Origin: Hydrolagus affinis
Lineage: Eukaryota
Direction of reading: 5' to 3'
NCBI GenBank assembly: GCA_012026655.1
Contig: JAAILG010001683.1
Coordinates: 1 to 63,085, forward strand
DNA length: 63,085 nucleotides
Shown here: positions 13,031 to 23,571 of the stretch, piece by piece
How the letters are laid out: every line of letters starts with the position of its first letter
Position numbering within the stretch: the stretch's first letter is position 1
Notes under the pieces: generated by a model
What the model was told of the DNA's origin: nothing
The model's database searches: none
What the model saw: the letters and a program-made list of their open reading frames with translations, nothing else
Position numbers and translations under genes: made by a program

Positions 13031-13327
13031 ATAGTAATCCTTGCATTTGGTATAGTGCTTTTTACATCTTCTCAAAGCACTTCACAGAATATACTCTAAA
13101 GTGAATTGACTGTATGTTCGTGGGTGAAATGCGGCAGCCAATTAGGTACAGCGGTGTCCCACAAACCGTCGTGGATTAAAATGACCAATTTATTATTGTG
13201 GTTTTTTTTCTTGAGGAATTATTATCAAGTGTGTGGAGTAAGGAAACTTGCCCAAGGTTTCGCCCTGTTTGGAATTGAACCCAGGTCTCTTGCTTGTAAG
13301 GCAAGCACTCTAACCACTGAGTTACAG
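13031..13327 (-). mobile_element. tRNA-derived SINE family A, full length
   Basis: tRNA-like head with A box and B box (GGTTCAATTCC), shared body, and a 3' end matching family consensus ctatatcaaatgcaaggat(tat)n. Confidence 0.9.
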
Positions 13328-15041
13328 TGCCGCACAACAAATAAGTTTAATGAACTTGCCTCAATACTCAGCAAACGACCATTAGACAATTTAACATACA
13401 TGGAGCCAACGTGTATCAAGCATTGACTGATTTTTTTATCCTTTGGCTTTTTCTCATCTGAAAATGGTTGTAGGAACCATTGTTAGTCTGCAGGAAAGCA
13501 ACTTCTCCTTCACTTTAACTACTTAAAACCTCAATTCTTTGCCTCCTCAACACATTGCAATAGTACAAACGTGAGGAAACCAAGAACTTACTTTCTAACC
13601 CACGACATTTTCTATTGCTCAATCTGTCATTTGGTGGTATGACAATTAAATTAATCACAGGAAGGCACCAGCAGAAATAATAAACATTTTGACAGTAATG
13701 CCTCCAAGTTTCATTCACATGTATCAATTAAAGTCTTGAGTGTTCTGAGAGCTTTCTGGGATCTTTCAATGGTGACAACTAATACTTAAGCAAATATTTC
13801 TGTCAATTCATTGTATGTCCTGTGGCATTTTGTCTTTTTTTTTCATGTAAGACGACCCTTAGCTGGAATTAAATCATGGGCCTTTTAGGCAAGAATAATT
13901 GAGATGAACTTTGATTAATTGATGTTTCTGATTTAAAAATGTCGAATAACAGGGACTAATTGTTCAGTGGGGAATCCTTAATAATGACGATTGAGTCATA
14001 AATAGGAATTCCTCCGGTTAAATGGAAATAGGGTGTAGCCAAAGCATAGGAACTCCGCTCCGTAAATAGATGGCTTTGGAGCACTATTCAGTGGGCCTTT
14101 GTGGATTTCTTAGTGTGACTGAAGAGAGCTCCGATTTGTGATTGTGGAGTCTGTATTGTTAGGGAATTGTGTTAGAAAACAACTGCAAATTTTTACAAAC
14201 AAACGTGCTCGGAAAGGACGCAAGACATTAGCATTGCACGATAATCCAAAGGTGAAGGTTTGAGTCTTTAGGAGGTGAACATAATTTTTTTTTACTTAAT
14301 AGCAACCGTGTCTGCTGGTATAACCCGATGCCCCCATGCAGAACACAGAAGTCTTTTGTCAAGTAATTTTAAGATTGGTCTTTAGTTATTTCAAAGCAGA
14401 AATGAGCTCAGTGTGGTGATTCTATAGAATGCGTGTAGGAACAAATTGCAGGTACTATAATTTTCGAGCGAACCTTGGCAGTGAAAACAAAACTTTTGCC
14501 AATCCAGGAAAGTTCACACCCTGATGTCACTCACTTCTTTCTTCAGTGGTATTTTAATCTGGATTTGTAGCAGGGTGTGTAAGGGTTTAATGAAATGTCT
14601 TCTTGCCATAACCAGTCTGACTGATTTGGGGGGGATTCTCATGACTGAATAAGCTCTTAATTACACCTTTCCACAGAATGGCACAGAAAAGAAAATACAT
14701 ACAACATTATATGTGAGAGAACAATGCGGTGTCTAATCTTTGCTATTAGTTCAAATGAAAAACCTCAGTTCAGTAATTGCAAAGCATAGTACTGTGCTAT
14801 TTACAGTGGAGGTGGCATGTGAAGCTGAATCATGGTTTCTCTTGAGAGAAATGTGAACCCCTTTTTTTTCTTGGTCTTGTTTGTGTTGTCTAGTCTGTTT
14901 TCTTTACTAATCAATATTTTGGATGCTGTTTCCTGGTACTGTGTCCAAGTGTAAATCTGCAAGCAAAGATGGCTATTTCTGTACTTTTTTTAATATCGGA
15001 GTCTAACATGCGTGGATTTGCAATATGCAATTTGTAATAAG

Positions 15042-15098
15042 TGCTTCGGGACACTACCCCGTGTGAAGGGCGCTATATAAATGTAAGTTGTTGTTGCT
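15042..15098 (+). mobile_element. Retroposon family B, 3' fragment
   Basis: gtgaagggcgctatataaatgtaagttgttgttg. Confidence 0.65.
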
Positions 15099-15125
15099 GT
15101 GTGTGTGTGACGACTGTGACGTTAG

Positions 15126-15333
15126 AATAAAAATAATCCTTGCATTTGATATAGCGCTGTTCACATCTTCTAGATGTCTCAAAGCACTTCACAGAATGTA
15201 CTGTAAAGTGAATTGACTGTATATATGTGGGTGAAGCACAGCAGCCAATTGTGCACAGCATTGTCCTATAAACAGTCATGGATTGAAATGACCAATTTAG
15301 TATTGATGTTTTGGGGGAAGGGATTGTTATTAG
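15126..15333 (-). mobile_element. SINE family A, 5'-truncated
   Basis: Body and tail match other copies. Confidence 0.85.
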
Positions 15334-16502
15334 AATCCAGTGTTTCCACAGATCACCGTGATGCACTCCCAGTGATCAATCATATAATAAAATATATGCA
15401 TTGCTGACCACGCACTAATCAGAAGTAGATGCAAAGTGTGGAGGTTTTTAAGAGCTGTACAGTATACAGTACTTGATTCAGCTCCAAACCAAGACACAGA
15501 TATTAGGCGCGGCCCAAACAGGTTTGAACGTCTTCTCAAATGTCAAATACATTAATCCTACATTGTGAGCAAAACTTACAAATATTTAACTATTAATTCC
15601 ATGAGCTCCATTAGAGATACAATACACTGCACAAATTTACATTTATATAGCGTCTTTCACGTCAGGAGATCTTTCCAACCCGCTTAGCAGTATCTACACA
15701 TAGAAGCTTGGAATAAATCAACTACCACTGTATAAATAGATTATCTACATCCTTTTGAAATAATGTCTGCTTTGCCTATCGCAAGTGCACAGCTGTAAAG
15801 GAGCTTGTGAATATCAAATACAAAACTTGTTTTAATTCTATTAACATAGGAACTGGCAAGTTTAGATAAGATGTTCAAACTGAATGCTAAGGGGTTTAAT
15901 AATGATATCCTTTTAACAATCGCTGCATGATTATTCCCATAAGGCCATAAGATGAACACTAAATACTTTGCACCACTGAATGTTTTTAAAGAATATTTTT
16001 TTCTCTCTCCACCACGCCAAGTATATCCAACCCTTGCAACTGAAGTCTTTTTTTTTGCCAAATCTTTTCAAAGTAGTTTAAATTGTATGTCAAACGTGCA
16101 ATTGTTTAAAATGCAAATTTTTGAACTATTTTTATGATAATTTGCCTCCAAATACAACCTTTTGCAAGAATGGTGGGGACACCCATCCACGGCAAAAATT
16201 AATTGCCTGAAATTGTATCAAATGATGTTGATTCCTGCTGATTCACCACATGTTTTAGTGAGTGTAAAAGCAAACATGCCGTGTGACATGCCTTGTAATT
16301 TTTAAAAGCTGAATGTGGCAGTTCTTTTTAAGTCAATTACCGTGTGATTTATGAGCCCAATTAAACTCCTGCACTGCTGGTGGCTTGCTGTGCGACTGTA
16401 GTTGGCAGCCGACAATATTTGAAGACATTAATGCCAATCAATGAAAATTATTTTAAGTATAAATCAAATCTGAGGCATTTCCAAAATGCTCCATGCATTA
16501 AT

Positions 16503-16900
16503 CCGGTGAGCCATCCAAACTGGGAAGATCTTTGGTTTGACGCCTAGGCTGTGTACGATTGGTACTTGGGGACACTAGAGTTGGCCTCAACATCCTATAT
16601 TTGAGAGACAAAAATGAGCAAGAGTTCCTGATTTCAGTTTGACTTGAGTCAAGCGAGTTAATCCCCCTTGTGATCCAATGGTGTGTGTGTGTAAAAAAAA
16701 ACTGCTCTTGTCCATCATTGCAGCAACCTCCCCATGGCAGAGTTATCCATGTGAATCCTTAGTGTGGATAGATTGGAGGTCGACCGTTAGGCTTCCCGTG
16801 GAACCGAACAATTGTTGGCAATCTTTGACAAAGCTCACATGAAGAATGACCGTCTGTTAAGTGAGGTTTTTGCAATCCTATGGCGTTTGCTGGAACAACT
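16503..16900 (+). mobile_element. LF-SINE-like relic
   Basis: gagccatccaaactgggaagatc...ttggcctca...agagttcctg and gctcacatgaagaatgacc are collinear with my recollection of the LF-SINE consensus; not database-checked. Confidence 0.5.
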
Positions 16901-18504
16901 AGATGATGTAATGAAATCCACACAAACTAAGGATTGTCCATGACTATTAAGCTACTAAATTATTAATTGAAAGAAAATCTAATTATTTTGATTTAACTTA
17001 AAAGTAGATTAAAAACTGTACGTATTCTCATCGGTGCTTGAAGTTACCAAAGCAACGTTTCCACTGAACTTAATTTTCTTTTTATTCAGTAAGTGTTTTT
17101 TTAATTCCCTAATCAACTGACAGGGAAAAAAAATGTTGCCGATAATTTAATTCAAATGAAATGGAACCTTAAATAAGCTGTAAATTAAGATGTTTGCACA
17201 CCATCAGTTTTCAAAGAAGCATGTTCTTACTTTGGACTGTTGTTTGACTTGAGTCAAGCTAGCTAATCCCCCATGTGATCCGATGGTGTGTGTGTAAAAA
17301 AAACTGCTCTTGTCCATCAGTTTCCCACAGTGAAAAAGCCCAACACTGCCAGATTCTGACAAACAGGATCATCTGCGATGCTTGATGTCTGCACTAATCT
17401 CACTGGAGCAGAACATCTGTAAAGTACTTTTTAATCTGTCTGTTTTTGACTTGGCAGCAGTCGTGGTCAGTGCTGAAACACTCGTGTCTCATTTGAAATT
17501 CCAGCATTGTTTTGCTCTCCTGTTGGGTGGATAAAATGAAAAGGATTTTTAATTCAAGAGGACGGCTTTACCCATTCTATTCCAATTGGAAAGTCCATTC
17601 AGCAGCCAACATGCCAATGGTGTTGAGGGTTAAGCGGAGCAATAGACAGGTTGCGCAGACTTCAAAATGGTCGAACGCTCGCTTCCCAACTCAATTTAGG
17701 TGTTGGATTGACTTCCAAGAGCTGCCTATTACTTCAGCTTGCTCAACTCCATTCTTCATTGCATGGAATGAAATGCTATTCTTTCTCCAGGCAAGTGCAA
17801 AAACTAATCAATCCTACTCCAACAGTATCTCTTACCACCTAACAGTAGTGGTTTTGAGGCTGGAAGCAAAATGCACCTCCCTCAAGGAGGATATTCTCTG
17901 AGATGTGGCCTATATAATTAAGCACAGGAAGTTTCTTGGAGGGGAAAAAAATCCCCTCAATGCTTTGGAAGCACCTGGATTGAATTTTGGCTTATTTATT
18001 TAAAATATGATGGATTTTTTTTGACGCTACAGGAACCTGTTTCAGCTGATGGATGAACGGGAATTTAAAAACAATAGTTTGGGCCAATTTGTTTTCACGT
18101 AAGATAATTTTATTGAAACATCTAATATTGTGTCTCGGCAGAAGTTAGATCCGCGATATCTAGAGTACCATATGTGACCCCTAATTATTCTTTGGGAAAT
18201 CTTCAATCTGTAATATCCTAAGCAGTTCATTCAGTGCTAGAACACAATTGGTCTGTTCCCTATCAAAAGGAACTCATTCACAGAGTACTGTACAACTTTA
18301 TTCATGTAACCTTCAGCTGCCAATGTTAAGCTGTCAGATTTCAGGAGAACAATTAGTGGTGAAGATGGATGATCATGTTGAGGATCTATCAACAAGACTG
18401 GCCCTGTTGCTATACTCTGAATTTTCTTACCCTACAATCTGGATTTATTAAGTTTACAGTTAGAGCAATGATTAGACAAGCCATGGCTCCTATGTTTTGA
18501 AAGG

Positions 18505-18690
18505 AATTGTATCCGAGGGGACCTTAACGAGGTGTATAATAAGATTTTACACGGTGTTGAGAAAGTAATCGCAGGAAAATCCTGCAGAATAATAGGAGAG
18601 AAAGGTTTAAGAGTTCCAAGGTGACTTTCTGGACAGATAACGGGATGTATTTCTGGAAAGATTGCAGAGGAAGCAGGCTGGATAATCTGG
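18505..18690 (+). mobile_element. CR1 LINE ORF2 remnant
   Basis: cgaggggaccttaacgaggtgtataa...attttacacggtgttgagaaagta reads as a decayed RGDLxEVYKILxG motif. Confidence 0.55.
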
Positions 18691-20494
18691 AAGAATGAAA
18701 GCAAATAGTATCAAGTCCGAAACAAAATTCACCCAAATTTTTATTTTGAACACCGTATGAACGTTGCTTTTAAAATTGTTTAGCTCCTTTGTCACAGATT
18801 TTTCGAGGACTTTCTGATGGGGTAGGGAGTCCATGAATTTTGAAGTTATTTGAGGTCCTGCTTTCAATGGATAGTTTGCATCAAAATAATTATTTTCATC
18901 ATCTGCACACCTACACATTTTAAATGTTATAGGAATCATTGTGTTGGCCTATAGAGAGACCGAGCTGCCTCTGATTTCTTATAATTGACTTATAATTGAT
19001 TTCTAGATCAATTATAAGTGCCTCAGTTGAAATTAGCCAGTTCCTGTATGGCCTACATTGGCTTTACGCTAAGGTGTATTGTATATTTTGGGAAATCATC
19101 AAAGGGAACATTTTCCTGTGCACCGTTCATGGTGAGGTTCGGCAACAGATCCAGGGGCTATCCACTGGAATTATTCATTCCTTGTGTGCGCTGTAAGGCT
19201 CCTTCAACAAGTTCAACATCCGACAGATCATTAACCGCGGATCTAACTTCTGTACGTGGCATTGTGTCGAAAGCTAGAGGAGCCTGCAGGAAACGTGCTG
19301 ACTGCTCAAAGACTGATTTGTAAAGAGGTTTAAGTCGGGACGGCTGGTATTTGAGACAACTTTGTTTCCAGAATTCTTCTTTGAAAACTTTGAGTAAAAT
19401 GTTAGGCAGTCGGTTTTTTTTTGCTCGCGCTGCCTTTTAGACAAAATTTATGTCTGAGGGATGAACACGTCGCCTCCAGGTATAGCAAGTACAGACAGCT
19501 TATTTTCTGATTTGCCCTCCCCCACCAACCCTTTCTGGATAAAATACATCTTATATCTATCTGTGTACCAAACCAGGTGCTGCAATTAGATTACATTTAG
19601 TAAATTCATGTAGCATTTCTGGCCCTAAAACGTGGCTGGAATTAGTCATGATCGAAAGTTATACCTTTGCTGTTTTTAAGCCAACAAGTGAAGTGTGCTT
19701 GCAAATTCTTGTGTTTGCACGTTCTTGTGGAGCTGGAATTACAGGCAATGTATGCAATACATATAATTTGATGACAGTTTATTCTCTTCAGTTTATAGGT
19801 GAGTCTGCTGCACATTGGATGAGACATGTTAAAATCCACTGACTTGTATTGTTAAACAACTTGTAATAAATAATATACACTCACTTCATCTTCAGAAGCA
19901 AGTGCTTCTGAAGTTATAGTAATGAACGAGTATGTTTGTACGTAATTTTTTTCTCCAAAAAAAATGCTTCTCTTCAGCACCTTAGTTATTCTGCACACTT
20001 TCAGACCGTGCTCTGTTCAGTTGAAAGCACAGCCCATGCCACCCTGTGGCAAACGTACGCTAATGCAAGTAATGATCATACGTGAGCGGATCTTTCAGAG
20101 TTCTGCACTGCAAGATCCCAATAGCTCACAGTTAAGTAACCAGACATAACGCAGATGGAAGTCTGGGATGGTTCAAATGCCTGTCTCTGCACTGTTGCTG
20201 ATAATGGCTTTGGATGAAAAGGTTAAATCATTGCAAACGTAGCTGCTTTGTTTAACTGTCTTGCTGTGCATTCCTGGCGCGAAAAAAAACCTGATGTAAA
20301 TCTCTGCAGTTGTGAAATGTAAACCCAAAATGACAAAAGTCGGGAGGGGGAGTGGGGGAGGGGTGGGGGGGGGGCTTGAGAAAACACACACATTTGAGCT
20401 GAATTGTTAGTTTGTGTTTCTATTATTGGATGCTAAAATCCAATTGTATTAAAGTGTCCCATTCTCAGTTGGCCATTTGTGTATACAGGTAAAC

Positions 20495-20560
20495 AATCAT
20501 AATAACAAAATGACATTTGTATAGCGCCTTTAAAGTCGGGAGGATGTCCCAAGGCGCTGT
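20495..20560 (-). mobile_element. Retroposon family B, 3' fragment
   Basis: tatagcgcctttaaagtcgggaggatgtcccaaggcgctg. Confidence 0.75.
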
Positions 20561-21049
20561 AGAGTATTTCACAAACCTTTAAGTGCAGCAGGTGATAGGC
20601 TGGACACACACCCTGGGTACATTATTGGAAAGGGCCTTTTATATGTTGTTTTGGCGGACTTTCTGGAATGGACTCTATACTAGATTGTATTGAAGAGCAC
20701 CTGAATCAGTAGTGGGGTGAAACCCAGGCTTGAAGTGGTTTTTCATCTTGGTTTTTTTTAAGACACCATGTGGATCATATTGAACCTTGGAAGCTAGATT
20801 TATGGACAGCTGAGTAGGTGTGAGTAATGCCACGGATTGGTATAAGTATGAAAGTAGAACCCATTACATTTCGAAGCTGACTAACTTTCAGTTCAGGACT
20901 GGGTCAGCTGGGTTTGAAATCAACCACATTTGATCCATCTGTAGCTCTGTTCAGCCCCTATCGAACCTGTAGACAGTCCAGAGGCATCAGGTTTATCTTC
21001 TAGCACGATCTTCTAGACCCTCCTTATCGATCGTGCCTTTTGCCGCCCT

Positions 21050-21172
21050 CCCACCTCCCTCCCCGACTACCCTGCTCCTCTTCCATTGCTCGGGTCCCGT
21101 TCCAATTGTTCAGCGCCTTGGGACGTCCTCTTGACGTGAAAGGCGCTCTATCAATGCAATTTTGTTGTTGTT
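21050..21172 (+). mobile_element. Retroposon family B
   Basis: gctcgggtc...gcgccttgggacgtcctcttgacgtgaaaggcgct...ttgttgttg. Confidence 0.8.
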
Positions 21173-21569
21173 TTGTAGCATTTACTCACAGATAAATAAT
21201 TGGCTCATTGACATGCTTATCAAGTGAATGCAATAAGGACGTCTTTTAGCCCTTTCATGGGTAGAAATCTCTGCGTCGTCTGAACAAAAGACTGGACATC
21301 TCAAAAGAGCAATAATAATGTACTGTAGTGTGGAACAAATTTCAAACAGTCGAAATGCATGAAATAACTAAATAAACTTGGCAGGACAGCCACATGTGAG
21401 CCTCTTCAAAGGCGATCAGTTCTGCTCAATATTGGCTGATGCAGAGACGGATTTCTGCCTCAAGCCTGATGTCAAACGAAGGGTCCGTGAACCTTAAGGA
21501 GGACAAAAGTCATATAAGTGCTGGGATCTCTCTACTCTATGTTAAAAGGTGAAAATATTTGAATGAATA

Positions 21570-21790
21570 GGAGGAACTTCCTTTACACAGAGGGTGGTGC
21601 CAATGTGGAAATCACCACAGGAAGCTGTGGTCGAAGCAGAAAGCATCAATGTATTTAACAGCCATATATGAAGGAGCAGGGAAATTGAGAGGTATGGAAG
21701 TAGGGGTAGAAGAGGTTCATGTGGAGTGCCTCAGACTAGTTGAGCTGAATAGCCTATTTCTGTTTTATCGTGTTGTGGAAGTAATTCTAC
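21570..21790 (+). mobile_element. CR1 LINE 3' remnant
   Basis: aggaggaacttcctttacacagagggtggtgccaatgtggaa (RR..FTQRVV.MW) and a 3' gctgaatagcctatttctgt end. Confidence 0.7.
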
Positions 21791-22810
21791 ATACGTAAAA
21801 TTAAACGCAAATATTTGCACCATTTGAAGTGAGTTGATAGCTCTTGTATTATTGAACTAACATACTACTTCCTCCTGTTAATGGGTATGGTGCTGTAACA
21901 AAAGACTTTCAGCAATCGGCTGGCGGCTATATTTAAATAGATTAGAAATGACTGGAGTCAATAATCGCAATTTACCAGACCTAGATTAAATCCTGCATTG
22001 TCAGTTTAACACTAAACCTTGAGGATTCCACAGTTAATCCTATGCAGGCATGTTTGATGTTGCATTAAAGCATAGATCAACACATTCTTCCAAATTTCTA
22101 ACTACATGCACATCAAAGATCTGAGTATAAATGTTTGTTAATCAGATTTAAAGGTGATGTTTGCTTTTTTCCGGATATTTTTAGTTTCTGTGGTTTTAAA
22201 CATTAGGTACTGGAATCCTTCCCTACAAAAAAACATGTGCCCGTTATAAATAGTAAATTCGACATACAAGTGGAATTACACCAGGATCATAGTTTCTTTT
22301 CATTTTTGGATTCTGGTAAAAAATACTTCTGTTTTCAATTTTGGATTTGGGGTGAAATGGTTCACAATTTGATTACACTGTAAAATGCAACCCCCAAAAT
22401 TTGTTTGCATTTCATATGAATAATCGGTCTTTACTTTAAGATTTGTTACGCAGTTTTGTACCCTTACGAGGACATGTTTGAACTGCCGTAGATAACATAT
22501 GGTCACAGTTATACCTCGGGAGCTTATTGATCTCTTGGGGGAATTGAAAGAGTCTCTCTAGCTTTTGAGAAACAAAATGTTGTGTTGAATCAAATGTGTA
22601 CAAAATTGCAAGCTTATGTCAATTTTGATAGCAAAACTCTATAGCCAGAGGAACTGTCCCAGGAGAAAATTGTCCCAGAAGTTTGTTATTGAGTTGGGAA
22701 TTACACGAATCCCCGAGACTTGCACACAATCAGATCAAAATGGAACAAAATTACACAGCAGTTGAATGAAATTTCAAAAAGGTCCTGATTCGTATGTTTA
22801 CCCATTGATC

Positions 22811-22816
22811 TTTATT
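22811..22816 (-). terminator. Candidate BBOX1 polyadenylation signal AATAAA (3' UTR about 0.6 kb)
   Basis: First AATAAA on the minus strand after the stop. An ATTAAA variant lies at 22990-22995. Confidence 0.5.
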
Positions 22817-23124
22817 TTGTAATTCGTGGCACAGCAAGATTTCAAAGTGGTACACATAACAATCATGGCTTGACATCATTTGGGGGCAGCTATATCTTCG
22901 GTCTATTATTGCTTGTTCACATTGAAACAGATAAAAAAAACCATTGAAGTAAGTCGTGACCTATATATGTTCAGCCTGACAGGAGACAATTTAATCCATT
23001 CTGTACTCTATGAATTGCAATTAAAAAGCAGTATTCAATTACTGTCAAACCAAATTTGCCATACTCATTTTCCTTGGAAAATGTAAAAGAAAAACCAGAG
23101 CCATAAAGTGAATGGCCGACTACA

Positions 23125-23217
23125 CCCCCTCCTCCTGAAATCCAGCTCGGGTCCCAAAACATCCCTGTCATCCTCCTGACTCGAAAAGCGCTATACAAAT
23201 GTAAGGTGTTGTGTTGT
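23125..23217 (+). mobile_element. Retroposon family B in the BBOX1 3' UTR (antisense to the gene)
   Basis: ccagctcgggtc...tcctcctgactcgaaaagcgctatacaaatgtaaggtgttgtgttg. Confidence 0.75.
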
Positions 23218-23407
23218 ATTTTAAATCTATTTCACTAGAAGGCACTTGTTTGAATTTCTTCTACCTGAAAAAACTGAGATAATTGATTTTCCTATCCATT
23301 GGCCATTGGTTTGCGGTTTGTATCATGAGCTGAAATCTCAATCCCAATGAATCACTTCTCTGTCGGAAGAGTATGATTACTGGTGATTATTTAGTAAACC
23401 ACTTAAT

Positions 23408-23571
23408 TCAGTCATCAGCTGCTTTGATTATTCTTTTGAGGCAACGGAGTCGTGACATAACCTCATCCCAGTCCACGTAACCACCTTCCAAGTGTCGGGT
23501 AGAATTCCCTGTAGTAATGTAACTCTGACGTCCATGCAGCAACCTCCAGTTATCAAACGTTATCATATCTC
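23408..23571 (-). CDS. BBOX1: BBOX1 terminal coding exon 7 ([17 protein letters not shown]...IIKAADD*)
   Basis: Acceptor ttgttgttcacag|, TGA stop at 23410-23408. Lies within ORF 23408..23593. Confidence 0.95.

Noticed and set aside
1-23000. CCDC34, LGR4 or FIBIN exons expected from mammalian synteny
   Set aside because: No matching coding sequence was recognised on either strand.
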